Below are positions 1 to 12,014 of a stretch of 64,000 nucleotides of DNA, in pieces. The DNA is from Squalus acanthias (lineage: Eukaryota). The stretch spans positions 186,001-250,000 of the forward strand of contig JASTWF010000366.1 in the NCBI GenBank assembly GCA_030390025.1, written 5' to 3'. The notes below the pieces were generated by a model. That model was not told the DNA's origin. It did not search any database and saw only the letters and a program-made list of their open reading frames with translations. Every line of letters begins with the position of its first letter. Positions within the stretch are counted from its first letter, which is position 1. The translations under genes and the position numbers were made by a program.

Positions 1-843
1 CTCCAGGTCTTGTTGCAGCATTGCGCAGATGTCACCCACTACCTCTCGCGAAAGTCGGAGCCGCCTTTGGCACTGCTGCTCAGACATGTTGGAGGTAGCT
101 GACCCTCTGTCTGTAGACCCTGTTTGGGGGGTATCATCTGCGCCGACGGCCTTCCATGCGCTGGCCCCTTCTGTCCTGTGCAGCTTCAGGTGGGTGAGCA
201 GCAGCTTGGCGCTCCTGCTGTTGCTGCTGCTGTTGTTCATGGTTCTGCTGGTGCCGCGGCTGTTGTTCATCCTCATCGGATACCCAGGAGGGAAAGAAAT
301 AAATGGCTCCCATGCCTCTGGTATATGTCTCAGTTGAGGAAGCCCTCAATGAGGGTGGCGAGAGGGGGTTTCCCAGGAGGTCACACTGCAGATGGGTGTC
401 GGGCTCCAAACTTCCAGAGCTGTGGTTATGCCTTCTAAAAGTTCCCCCAGACCTGTGACAACAAAGTCCTGCCACCTGCAATTGATGGCTGATCAAATCT
501 CCTATTTAAAGGTTGAGCTGCAGCGGAGAGTCAGCAATCCACTTGTGCTCCTGCCAGGTTTCACTGGAGTGTTTCCCATCAGGCGTGCTTCACGTGGGAA
601 AAGGGTTAAACTACCTAAAATGCTTCAAAATGGCATTACTGAGCCACTTTAGGGATTGTTAAGGGCTTTAATGGCCTCTCCCGCCTCTTGGAGGCGGGAC
701 GGAGTCGGGAACCCCGCGACCGATTTTGTCAAAATTGCGTGGAGGCGTGTTGGAGTCGGGATGGGGTCGGGACCCCCGAATCTGCTACTTTAACCCCCAC
801 ACGCCTCCAAACCCGACTCCACGGGTCATTCAAAATCCAGCCC
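1..843 (-). mobile_element. PIF/Harbinger DNA transposon end with decayed transposase N-terminus
   Basis: Minus strand from the ATG at 313 reads MGA...RRR*YPPNRVYRQRVSYL/NMSEQQCQRRLRLSREVVGDICAMLQQDLE, a HARBI1-like pattern broken by a stop and a frameshift. Terminus GGGCTGGATTTT at 843, with subterminal inverted repeats at 690-820. Confidence 0.75.
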
Positions 844-1039
844 AGAGGCTCTGTTGGAGTGGGAGTAGACAATGTTCAGGGGGAAGAGAAAGATCCTGAC
901 ACTGGATGCCTGAAATGCAAAGGAGTTCCACTACCAAGAAAGTTCATCAGTCACTCATCTCGTCAATTAGTCACAATTACTATGGCCCATTTTCATAGTA
1001 AAGGCTGTGGGCTCTGATAATATCCTGGCTGTAGTGCTG

Positions 1040-2430
1040 AAGACCTGCACACCAGAACTAGAAGCCCCCTAACCCCAGCCAAGTTGTTCCAGTACAGTTA
1101 TGGCACTGGCACCCAGCAAACAACTGGAAAGTTGCCCAGGTATGCCTTATCCACAAAAAAACCCCAAGATAAATCTAACCTGACCAACTATCAGACTCCT
1201 CCCAATCAAAGTGATGGAATGTGCCATTAAGCAATGCCTAATCACCAATGCTCACTTCAGGTTCAGGCTAAACCACTTATTCCAGAACTCATCAAAGGTT
1301 TGATCCGGACATAGATGCAAGAGCTGAATGCCACAGAAGTGAGAGTAGCTGCCATCAAGATCAAAGCTGCATTCAACCATGCCCTTGTAAAAATGAAGTC
1401 AACGGGTGTTGAAGGAAAAGCCCTCTAGCAGCTTGAGTCATACCTGACACAAAAGAGGATCATCGTGGTTATCTTCGCAGCACCGGAATATAACTGCAGG
1501 AATTCCTCAAAGCAGCATCCTTGGCCCATCCTCAACTGTTTCATCAATGACCTCCCCATCATTGTAAAGTCAGGAGTGCGGTTGTTCGCTGACAATTCCA
1601 CAATGCTCAGCTCCATTTACAACTCCTTTGATAACGAAATAGCCCTCGTCAGCCGACAGCAGGACTTGTCAGCTCAAGCCTGGATGTTGTCCAAGTCGCA
1701 CATAAGTGGCATGTAATGATCATCTCAAACAAGAGAAAGCCCAGCCATCTCTCCTGACCTTCAAATGCACCACCAACTCAGAGTCCCCCATCATCAACAT
1801 CATGGGGGTGACCAGAAGCTTAACTGGATCAGCCATATCAACAATCTGTTTACAAGAGCAGAGCAGAGGCTTGGTACTCTGCGATGAGTGGCTCACCTCT
1901 TGGACCCTCAAAAGCTTCTGTGACATCTACATAAGGCTCAATTGAGGAGTGTGATGAAATACTCGCCACTTTCCTGGATGGTTGCAGCTGCAACAACACT
2001 TAAAAAAACTCAATACTATCCCAGATAGAGCAATTCACTTGATCAGCACTCCTGGCGTTGTACTCAATATCCATCTGTTCCATCAATGTTGCACTGTGGC
2101 TGCAGTATGTACTATTTAAAGGATTCACTGCAACAACTCAAAGGTTACTTTGACAGTAGCTCCCTCCCATGCGACTTCTACCATAGAGCACAAGAGCCAC
2201 AATGTTATGGGAATACCATTACCTCCAAGTTGCACATCATCCTGATTTGAACATATATCGCTGGTCCTTCATTGTCACTACGGCAATATTCTGGAATTCC
2301 CCACTGCAGGAGCACAAGGACTGCAGCAGTTCAAGGAAAAGGCCCACCACCACCACCTTCTCAGGGCAACTAGCATGGACAATAAATGCAGCCTTGCTAG
2401 CATCACCCACATCCCAAGAACAAATTAAAA
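1040..2430 (+). mobile_element. Old decayed CR1/L2-group LINE 3' part
   Basis: RT remnants (FINDLP...VRLFADNS). The 3' tail caccaccttctc..gggcaa..ag..atgg.caataaatgc is shared with copies at 54.9, 55.7 and 63.0 kb. Confidence 0.7.
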
Positions 2431-2606
2431 CAAAACTTTTACAATTATTAGTGCAATGTTCTAGGTTGCTAAATCAACACAGAAAAAGGTCAAGGGAATT
2501 TAAAAAAGCAATAAGTAAATTGAACTGAGAGTAGCGCCTATATTTTTTAGCCTTGGTAGTGTCCTGCACGAAGTTTGTCAATAAAAAGCCTGTAATGTCC
2601 ACTCAC

Positions 2607-2958
2607 CTTAAAATGTGGGCAACAACAGCTGGCCCATACCAATCCCCAGCTCGCTTGCCAGAATTTTCTCCCAGCTCTATCAGTTTGTGCATTCCAAATG
2701 TAGCTGCTGGATTGTCTGCTAACCAAGAGATTATTTTCCTATGCAACTTCTCATCCTCACTTGTGCTGACAGGATTTAACTTTAGAGTTTGTCTCTCATT
2801 ACTTGATGAGTCCAGCTGTTCACTTGTGTCCTGTAGTGGTCTTTCTAATGGTGGCAGGAAGGTAAAATCTGCATTACTGTCAGATACTGTTGATGGCTTG
2901 GATTTGAATAGCTCAGATTCCAAGGTAACCATTTGTAGCGCATCTGCCCAGACCCAAT
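2607..2958 (-). CDS. ATG4C: ATG4C-like coding exon 4 (DWVWADAL...[12 protein letters not shown]...[18 protein letters not shown])
   Basis: Acceptor tttgcag|AT, donor AG|gtgagt, 352 nt, phase 1-2. GDWYGP regulatory-loop motif. The gene continues left of position 1. Confidence 0.93.
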
Positions 2959-3515
2959 CTGCAAAGGAATATAACCCATTAATTAGACTTTGAAAAAAAA
3001 CATTCACTGAGATTCTCCGAATGGCACAGCAGGCAAACACTTCACTGATGTAGCAGTGAGTCATACAGACCACAAGTGCCCCATGGTCACCATTTCCTGC
3101 ATTAGTTAATCTTATCCAGGGCTGCATTAGGGGCATCTCAATTAGTCTCAGTGCCCCTGGGCTAGGTAGGGAAAAGTCAACTTTGGTTTCCCAATCCTCA
3201 CTGCTTTCCAATGATTCCTGCTAAGAACAAGAGTGGGATTAGCACTGGAAGAGGTACTGGACTAGGTCATCTACCTGACCTCTCAGCCAAGGAATAGAAT
3301 GGGGCCAGTGGAGAGCTAAAGGAGAGAAAATATAAAAAGGTTATACATACTCACTTACAATATCTTTTACTGTAATTATTTAAAGGCTGAATCAGTATTC
3401 AAAGAGTAAAGGCTATTTATTGCAGAAATACATCAATGGTACCCTACTTCCCTGCCTCTTCCATTGAATTTTCTCTCCGGTTCCTTCCTCTTACTTCTCC
3501 TGTTCTGAAAGCATT

Positions 3516-3890
3516 CAGCGGGAGATTCGGAGAGCGTGGCGGGCGGGAGATTCGGAGAGCGTGGCGGGCGGGAGATTCGGAGAGCATACAGAGCGGGAGA
3601 TTCTGCGAGTATACAGAGCGGGAGATTCTGCGAGTATACAGAGCGGGAGATTCTGCGAGTGAACCGAGCGGGAGATTCTGCGAGTGAACCGAGCGGGAGA
3701 TTCTGCGAGTATACAGAGCGGGAGATTCTGCGAGTATACAGAGCGGGAGATTCTGCGAGTATACAGAGCGGGAGATTCTGCGAGTATACAGAGCGGGAGA
3801 TTCTGCGAGTATACAGAGCGGGAGATTCTGCGAGTATACAGAGCGGGAGATTCTGCGAGTATACAGAGCGGGAAATTCGCTGAGTATACG
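3516..3890 (+). repeat. 25-bp tandem repeat, about 14-15 units (GAGCGGGAGATTCTGCGAGTATACA and variants) at the CR1 5' end
   Basis: Units start every 25 nt (3516, 3541, 3566, 3591...3866). No unique spacers. Confidence 0.95.
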
Positions 3891-6763
3891 GAGTATTTGG
3901 TGAGTATTTCTCCTCTTTTTCTCTAAACTTGGGCATTGGCTTAAATTAAGAGCCATGATTATAGGTTATAAACTATATATAGACAATTGAGTGATAGGCC
4001 AAACCTTGAAAACCTAATTAGTTAAATAAAATACAATAGAGATGTCTGGGCAGGCGAGGTGTTGCAGCTGTAGCATGTGGGAGCTGGTGCACACCAGTGT
4101 GATCCACAGCGACCACATCTGCAGTAAATGTCGGCAGCTCGAGGAACTTCGGCTCAGAGTTGATGAGCTGGAGTCCGAGCTCCAGACACTGCAATAAAAG
4201 TTACCTGGATACTTTGTTCCAGGAGGCAGTCACACCCCTTAGGTTAAGTACTCCAAATCTGGTCCATGGTCAGGGACAGAAGGGTGTGACTGCAAGTGAG
4301 GCAGGTATGGGGATCCAGGAGTTAGCATTGGAGGAGCCTCAGCCCTTGCACTTGTCCAACAGGTACGAGGTTCTTGCAGCCTTTGTGGACGAGAGCAGGG
4401 ACTGCAGGGAGGATGAGCAAACTGACCACAGCACCGTGGTGCAGGGGGTCATTCAAGTTGGGGGAGTAAAAAGGAATGTAGTAGTGGTCGGGACAGTATA
4501 GTTAGGGGGATAGATACTGTGCTCTGCAGCCGAGAGCGTGAGTCCCGAAGGCTGCGTTGCCTGCCCAGTGCCAGGGTTAAGGACATCTCCTCGGGGCTGG
4601 AGAGGAACTTGGAGTGGGAGGGGAAAGATCCAGTTGTCGTGGTCCACGTAGGAACCAACAACAAAGGTAAGACTAAGAAAGAGGTTCTGCTGAGGGAGTA
4701 TGAGCAGCTAGGGGCCAAATTAAAAAGCAGAACCACAAAAGGTAATAATCTCTGGATTACTACCTGAGCCACGAGCAAATTGGCATAGGGTCAATAAGAT
4801 CAGAGAGATGAACGCGTGGCTCAAAGATTGGTGTGGGAGAAATCGGTTCTGATTCATGGGGCACTGGCACCAGTACTGGGGAAAGAGGGACCTATTCCTT
4901 TGGGACAGGCTTCATTTGAACCATGCTGGGACCAGTGTCCTGGCAAATCGAATAACTAGGGCGGTAGATAGGGCTTTAAACTAAATAGTGGGGGGGAGGG
5001 TTCAGGTGAAGCGGAATTTAGAAAGTCAAAGAGAAAGGAGAAGGCAATAGTGCAGGGTAGCGATAGAGGTAATGATAACCAGAGTGTGACAGGAGGAGAC
5101 AGAGCGTACGAACATAAGCGTGCACCAGCAAATAGTTTCAGAGTAGGCAAATATGGTACAAAGAAAAAATTAAAAGCTCTTTATCTGAATGCACGCAGCA
5201 TTCGTAATAAGATAGATGAGTTGATAGCACAAATAGAAATAAATGGGAATGATCTGATAGTCATTACAGAGACGTGGTTGCAAGGTGACCAAGGCTGGGA
5301 ACTGAATATTCAGGGGTATTTGCCATTTCGTAAGGATAGGCAGAAAGAAAAAGGAGGTGGGGTAGCTCTGTTAATAAAGGATGAGATCAGTGCAGTGGTG
5401 AGAAATGATATTGGCTCAGAAGATCAAGATGTAGAATCAGTTTGGGTGGAGATAAGAAATAGTAAGGGAAAGAAGTCACTGGTGGGAGTAGTCTATAGGC
5501 CCCCTAACAGTAGCTACACTGTAGGACAGGAGTATAAATCAAGAAATAATAGGGGCTTGTAAGAAAGGTACTGCGATAATCATGGGGGATTTTAATCTTC
5601 ATATAGATTGGACAAATCAAATTGGCATGGGTAGCCTTGGGGACGAGTTCATAGAATGTATTCGGGATGGTTTCTTAGAACAATACGTTGTGGAACCAAC
5701 CAGGGAGAAGGCTATTTTCGATCTGGTAATGTGTAATGAGACAGGATTAATTAATGATCTCACAGTAAAGGATCCTCTAGGGAAGAGTGATCATAGCAGG
5801 ATAGAATTTCAAATTCAGTTTGAGGGTGAGAAACCTGGGTCTGAAACTAGTGTTCTAAAATTAAATAAAGGCATTTACAAAGGTATGAAGACAGAGTTGG
5901 CTAAAGTAGACTGGGAAAATAGATTAAAGCGTAAGATGGTAGATAAGCAGTGGCAGACATTTAAGGAGATATTTCATAACTCTCAGCAAAGGTTTATTCC
6001 AGTGAGAAAAAAAGACTCTACGAGAAGGTTGAACCATCCGTGGCTAACTAAGGAAGTTAAGGATGGTATCAAATTGAAAGAAAAGGCATACAATGTTGCG
6101 AAGATTAGTGGTAGGCCAGAGGATTGGGAAATGTTTAGAAACCCTAAAGGATGACTAAAAAAATAATAAAAGAGGGAGAAGATAGATTATGAACGTAAAC
6201 TAGCAAAAAATATAAAATCAGACAGTAAGAGCTTCTACAGGTATATAAAAGGGAAGAGAGTAGCTAAAGTAAACGTTGGTCCCTTAGAGGATGGGACTGG
6301 GGAATTAATAATGGCAAACAGGGAAATGGCAGAGTCTTTGAACAAATATTTTATATCGGTCTTCACGGTAGAAGACACTAAAAGCATCCCAATAATAATT
6401 GATAATCAAAGGGCTATAGGGAGAGAGGAACTTAAAACAATGACCATCACTAGAGAAAAAGTACTAGGCAAACTAAAGGGACTAAAGGCTGACAAGTCCC
6501 CTGGACCTGATGGCCTACATCCTATGGTCTTAAAAGAAGTGGCTGCAGTGATAGTGGATGCGTTGGCTGTAATCTACCAAAATTCCCTGGATTCTGGAGA
6601 GGTCCCAGCGGATTGGAAAACCGCAAATGTAACGCCCCTATTCAAGAAAGGAGGGAGGCAAAAAGCATTAAACTATAGGCCAGTTAGCCTAACATTTGTC
6701 ATTGGGAAAATGCTGGAATCCATTAATAAGGAAGTAATAGCAGGACATTTAGAAAATCATAAT

Positions 6764-7535
6764 GGGCCAGAAATTCGGCTCTCCACAGGTGAGTACGCGC
6801 TGTGTACTCACCCGTAAGGCCACCTGAAGTGCCGGTTTCATGCATGCACTGGAAACCGGAACTTCCGTTCCCCTGAAGGAAGGGGTTCAGAGGTCGAACG
6901 CGTGTGCGGTAGAGGCAGCGCGCACGCAGCGAACTTCAGGTTTTTTTTTCAGGTTTCTCCGTGAGGGTAAGTATGGAGAAGCTGCACATTTAAAATGGAG
7001 GCGCAAGGCCTGTTTTTAACAAGGTAAGTGGTGAATTAAATACAATTTAAACATTTTTTCAACAGGTTTATCTTTTTTACATACTTTAAAGAAAGGTAAG
7101 TTTATTTTTAGCACCGTTAAAAAGTGTAATTAATTTTTTCAAAAATTTAAATTTTTGTTTAAAGTAGTTAATTTATGTAATTTATAATAATGTAATTTAT
7201 AGTTATTTTAAAAATGTGATGGTTTTTTAAAAAAAATTATTTGAAGTTTTAGTGTGATTTTGGGGCCAATCTCTATTCATAGATTTGGCAGGTCTTCCTG
7301 TCAAATCTATGAATGAAAATTCCCTGCTACGATTGGCTCTCCATGGCCCACGTGATCCCAGGGGACGCTTCGAACTAACTGCGCCCCTGGGATACACAAG
7401 CACTGCGCGCCGGCAGCTGCAGGAGGCCCAGGACCCGAATTCCTCGTGGGCCTGAAGCACAACGGCAGGCGCGGTAGGCAAGTATGCGCGCGATGCTTGC
7501 ACCCGCAGGAAGCCGGAGAGCCGAATTTCTGGCCC
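6764..7535. mobile_element. Non-autonomous PIF/Harbinger-type MITE
   Basis: Perfect 21-bp TIRs GGGCCAGAAATTCGGCTCTCC. 3-bp TSD AAT (6761-63 and 7536-38). Removing it restores CR1 ORF2. Confidence 0.9.
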
Positions 7536-9187
7536 AATACAATCAAGCAGAGTCAACATGGTTTACGAAAGGGAAATCGTGTTTGACAAATTTACTAGAG
7601 TCCTTTGAGGATGTGACGAGCAGGGTGGATAAAGGGGAACCAGTAGATGTAGTGTATTTGGATTTTCAAAAAAGCATTCGATAAGGTGCCACATAAAAGG
7701 TTACTGCACAAGATAAGAGCTCACGGGGTTGTGGGGGTAATATATTAGCATGGATAGAGGATTGGCTAACAGAAAACAAAGAGTCGGGATAAATGGGTAA
7801 TTTCCGGTTGGCAAACTGTAACTAGTAGGGTGCCACAGGGATTAGTGCTGGGGCCTCAACTATTTACAATCTATATGAATGACTTGGATGAAGGGACCGT
7901 GTGTACTGTAGCCAAATTTGCTGATGATACAAAGATAGGTGGGAAAGCAAGTTGTGAGGAAGACACAAAGGGATATAGATAGGTTAAGTGAGTGGGCAAA
8001 AATTTGGCAGATGGAGTATAATGTGGGAAAATGTGAGGTTATCCACTTTGGTAGGAAAAATAAAAAAGCAGATTATTATTTATGAGACTACATAATGCTG
8101 CAGTACAGAGGGATCTGGGGTCCTCGTACATGAAACACAAAAAGTTAGCATGCAGGTACAGCAAGTAATTAGGAAGGCAAGTAATTAGGAAGGCAAATGG
8201 AATGTTGGCCTTTATTGCAAGGGGGATGGAGTATAAAAGTTGGGAAGTCTTGCTACAACTGTACAGGGCACTGGTGAGACCACACCTGGAGTACTGCGTG
8301 CAGTTTTGGTTTACTTATTTAAGGAGGGATATACTTGCATTGGAGGCAGTTCAGAGAAGGTTCACTCGGTTAATTCCTGAGATGAAGGGGTTGTCTTGTG
8401 TGGAAAGGTTGAACAGGTTGGGCCTATACTCATTGGAGTTTAGAAGAATGAGAGGTGATCTTATTGAAACATGTAAGATTCTGAGGGGGCTTGACAGGGT
8501 AGATGCAGGGAGGATGTTTCCCCTCATGTGGGAATCTAGAACTGGGGGGCACAGCTTCAGGATAAGGGGTCGCCCATTTAAAACGGAGATAGAGGAAGAA
8601 TTTCTTCGCTCAGGGTCATGAATCTTTGGAATTCTCTACCCCAGAGAGCTGTGGAGGCGGAGTCATTGAATATATTCAAGGCAGAGATGGACATATATTT
8701 GAGCTACAGGGGAGTCAAGGGTTATGGGGAGCGGGCAGGAAAGTGGCGTTGAGGCCAAGATCAAATCAGCCATAATCTTATTGAATGGCGGTGCAGGCTC
8801 GAGGGGCCGAATGGCCTACTCCTGCTCCTATTTCTTATGTTCTTATGATTCTTCCTGGGGTATAGTTCCACAAATGCCTGGTTCCTTGTGGTACATCACC
8901 CAATTGGGCATTCTTCACAGCAGAGCCTCATTCTGTCTTTACCTGGTGTCCCACGCACATGCACTTCCAGTAGGGGGGGGGGTCACCAAATAGTGATTAG
9001 CAATTGATTCTTCCTTTCCATAACCATTTGTTGTAACCCCATCACCACTCCAGCTCAGATCAGCTAACACAGCACAAACAGCGATCAAGCCAGGGTTCTT
9101 TCTGACATGTAGGGTTCACTGCATTGAGCCACTGAGCATTTTAACACATGTCTACTACAGGTTTGCATCAGAACAAAACAAACTCAC

Positions 9188-9421
9188 CTCGACCAAGAAC
9201 ATGGAGCAGAAGGCTTTGGGCTAGCAACATTTGACCGGACCTCAGTGTGCAGCCCCAGCCGCAGTCTGTCGTAAGTGTACACCCTTTTAACTGTGGGAAC
9301 TCACGGCGGTACGTTAGCCAGATCCTAGTGATGAAGTCCTTACGGAATTGATTCACGTTACACGAAACCATTTCAGTGCTCGCAGCTGCATCTGTGCAGC
9401 CTGATGCACTTTCATCCATTC
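9188..9421 (-). CDS. ATG4C: ATG4C-like coding exon 3, peptidase C54 catalytic region ([37 protein letters not shown])
   Basis: Acceptor gcattttccag|, donor G|gtgagt, 234 nt, phase 1-1. DCGWGC motif with the catalytic Cys codon at 9249-9251. Confidence 0.95.
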
Positions 9422-12014
9422 CTGGAAAATGCAAACAGCAAAAACAAAAATCAGTCCCTGAAGCGTTTAGTTATAATAAACTGACAGCCACAGAAAAGGC
9501 GTTTTGTTCTGTCTGTGGAGGAGAGCAGGCAAGGTTGAATAGTGAAGAATGAGGATGGATGAACATTTTGGAGATTTGTTTGATTATCTTTGGGGATCAA
9601 GGAGTATTTATGCAGAACTTTCCTTCAATAGACTAAATGGGTCAGATAGAGGCTTGTACCTGGTCTGTGAAAGGAGTGAGCTTGATGTGCCAAAGTGCAT
9701 TTTCTCATTCCATGTTTTCTTATGATTTATCTACAACTGACTGAAAACTACTTGGTCAGCAAAACATGAAAAGAAAATCTCTGAACGTAGATGTTTGTAG
9801 CATATTACATAGAACAAAACTGACATCATCTGGGCACACCAAGGCACCCTACTTCCCTGCCTCTTCCATCAAATTTTCTCTCCGGTTCCTTCCTCATACA
9901 TTTCCTGTCCTGAAGGCTTAGATTCATCCAGAGGTATGGATTCACAAACGGCCGCCTCCCTGTAGTACAAGGCCCAAACCACTCCGGTGACACCATTGAC
10001 GTGCAGCATCCTGGAGAAGCTACAGCGTTCAGTCAGAGGCTACAAATTCAGATTTACCTAAGAGTCTATCAGCACCCACCCAACTCCCGGAAAACACCCT
10101 ATCCGCTGGATTCTGTTGCACATTCTATGAATAGTGCTCTCCTCCTTCACGGCCAAAGAATTACTAGGGTGTATCAGTAAAAGTTGCGAAAACAGAGTCA
10201 GATTAGGTACTAGGAAATACTTTTCACCTCTGGGATTGATTGCCAGCACATGGGGTGACTGCAGATTTGCTGCAGGCCTTCAAAAGGGAGATCGACAAGA
10301 TCCTGCGAATTGAAGACATCTCGAGTTATAGAAGGTAGGTGGGTTAACAGGGTCTACTGGCATCAGTCACTGTGGTCTCCTGGAGCTTGTTGCTTGCATT
10401 AGGAGTTTAGAGGGGAATTTTCCAGTTCTTTCTTAAATTGGCCGAAGATTTTTTTGCCTTTCCTAGGAGACGGTGTGCTGGCAGGGTCAGGGTGGTTTAT
10501 GGAGCATGTAGATTGCGCCATGTTGGGCTGGAACAGGCTTCACGGACCAGCTACTCTTTTCCTGTCCTTTTTCCATTTGTCTCTGGAATAAGTCTACTGT
10601 TGCAGCCCCCATTGAAATTAATGGACCTGCTTTCAGAACAGATGACTGCTGTCCATCACTGGCACCACTGTAGCAACTTGCAGGCGAGCAAGTTTTTCCC
10701 CTCCCTTGTTTAGGCAGAAATCTGACTTAAAAAAACACTGTTTATAATTATATATATTTTTTTTTTATAGGTAAACATTGGGTGCACACTTTAAAACAAA
10801 AAGTGTTTCAGAGACTTTCCATCCCCCGTAATACAGTGAACTATTAAAACATACTAACAACAGAAAGAAAAATCTTGCATTTGTTCAGCACCTTATGTGT
10901 GCTCAGGACATCGCAAAGTGCTTCACGGCCAAAGAATTACTTTTGAAGAGTAGTCACTGCTGTACTTTAGGGAAACACGCCAGCCAATTTGTGCATAGCA
11001 AGGTCCCACATAATGAGATATATGACCAGTTCATTTGTTTTTGGCAGATGAGGCTTCAGCTTAACATCTTATCTGAAAAATGGCACCTCCAACAATGTCG
11101 CACTCAATCTCTCAATGAGGTGAGGGGAATGGAGAGATTATATCTGTGCTAATATAGGGGCCTTCTTTAATCTGCTTTTTATTTTTTTTTAAAACAAACA
11201 ACAGTACCAAGCATTAATTGTAAGCAGAAATCATTTTGGTGCTACCAGAAAGTGAAACAACACAATGTCGAATTCTATTTGGAGATACTAATCTGACCGT
11301 TGAACTCCTCGTTCACAACTCTGAAATGTCTTCATCTGGATTGGAGAGATGCTGAGGAATTATATTTAATGCAAGTTTCTCTTCTTTAAAAAGTCAAATG
11401 AATGCGAAATGAATTCCTTAATATCTGAATTATTATTCATAGCCAATATATTACAAAAAATAAATTAACTGGTTCATTTTTTTTTAAATTGTGCTCAACT
11501 CAGTGACACTGAAATGTGGATCTCCTGATCAGCTTCTTATTGTATTCAATCTTGTAACTCCCTGTGCACAAGTCCTGCCTTCTATTGTTGTTAATGATCT
11601 GCATGAAGGCACTGGTAGAATGGTCCAAAGTGGATGACACAAAGATATGTGCTGGAGTTAATACCAGAGATTAAAAAATAACCTGCAGGTGGATTCAGAC
11701 ACATTGGGGAAATGGGCCCTTTTCATATATTTCTTTCAATACAGACAAGCGCAGCGTGCTGCATGTGGACAGGGGCAATTTGAGTCATGGATACACCAAG
11801 CAGGGCTGTGGACTCAATGTTGCCGAACAGGAGGATGTCCTGGGTGTTCTAATTCATGGCAAATCGAAGGTCGAGACTTGGTATTGCAAGGCTGTTGCAA
11901 TACCAATAGGATGTACAGTTAGGACAATTAAATATAAAACTAGAAGTACACTTCCTACCTTGTAAAAGACCACATCTAAAATACGGTGTTCAGTTTGGGT
12001 ATCTTCACATTATA

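Larger units (their letters stand above)
3516..8847 (+). mobile_element. Near full-length CR1 LINE (5' tandem array, ORF1, frameshifted ORF2), interrupted by a MITE
   Basis: ORF1 from ATG 4042 (Cys-rich finger, coiled coil, SGNH-esterase-like VVVHVGTN...DRLHL...RALN*, ends 4984). ORF2 fragments with APE (LYLNARS, ITETW, GDFN, SDH) and RT motifs. (TTCTTATG)n tail. Confidence 0.93.

Noticed and set aside
2959..3211. N-terminal part of the 202-aa ORF 2603..3211
   Set aside because: It is intron read-through upstream of the acceptor at 2959-2960. The true upstream sequence is the exon at 9188-9421.
3433..3956. Overlapping repetitive ORFs on both strands and a CRISPR-like periodicity
   Set aside because: These are products of the 25-bp tandem repeat. 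There are no unique spacers and no cas genes, and the context is eukaryotic.
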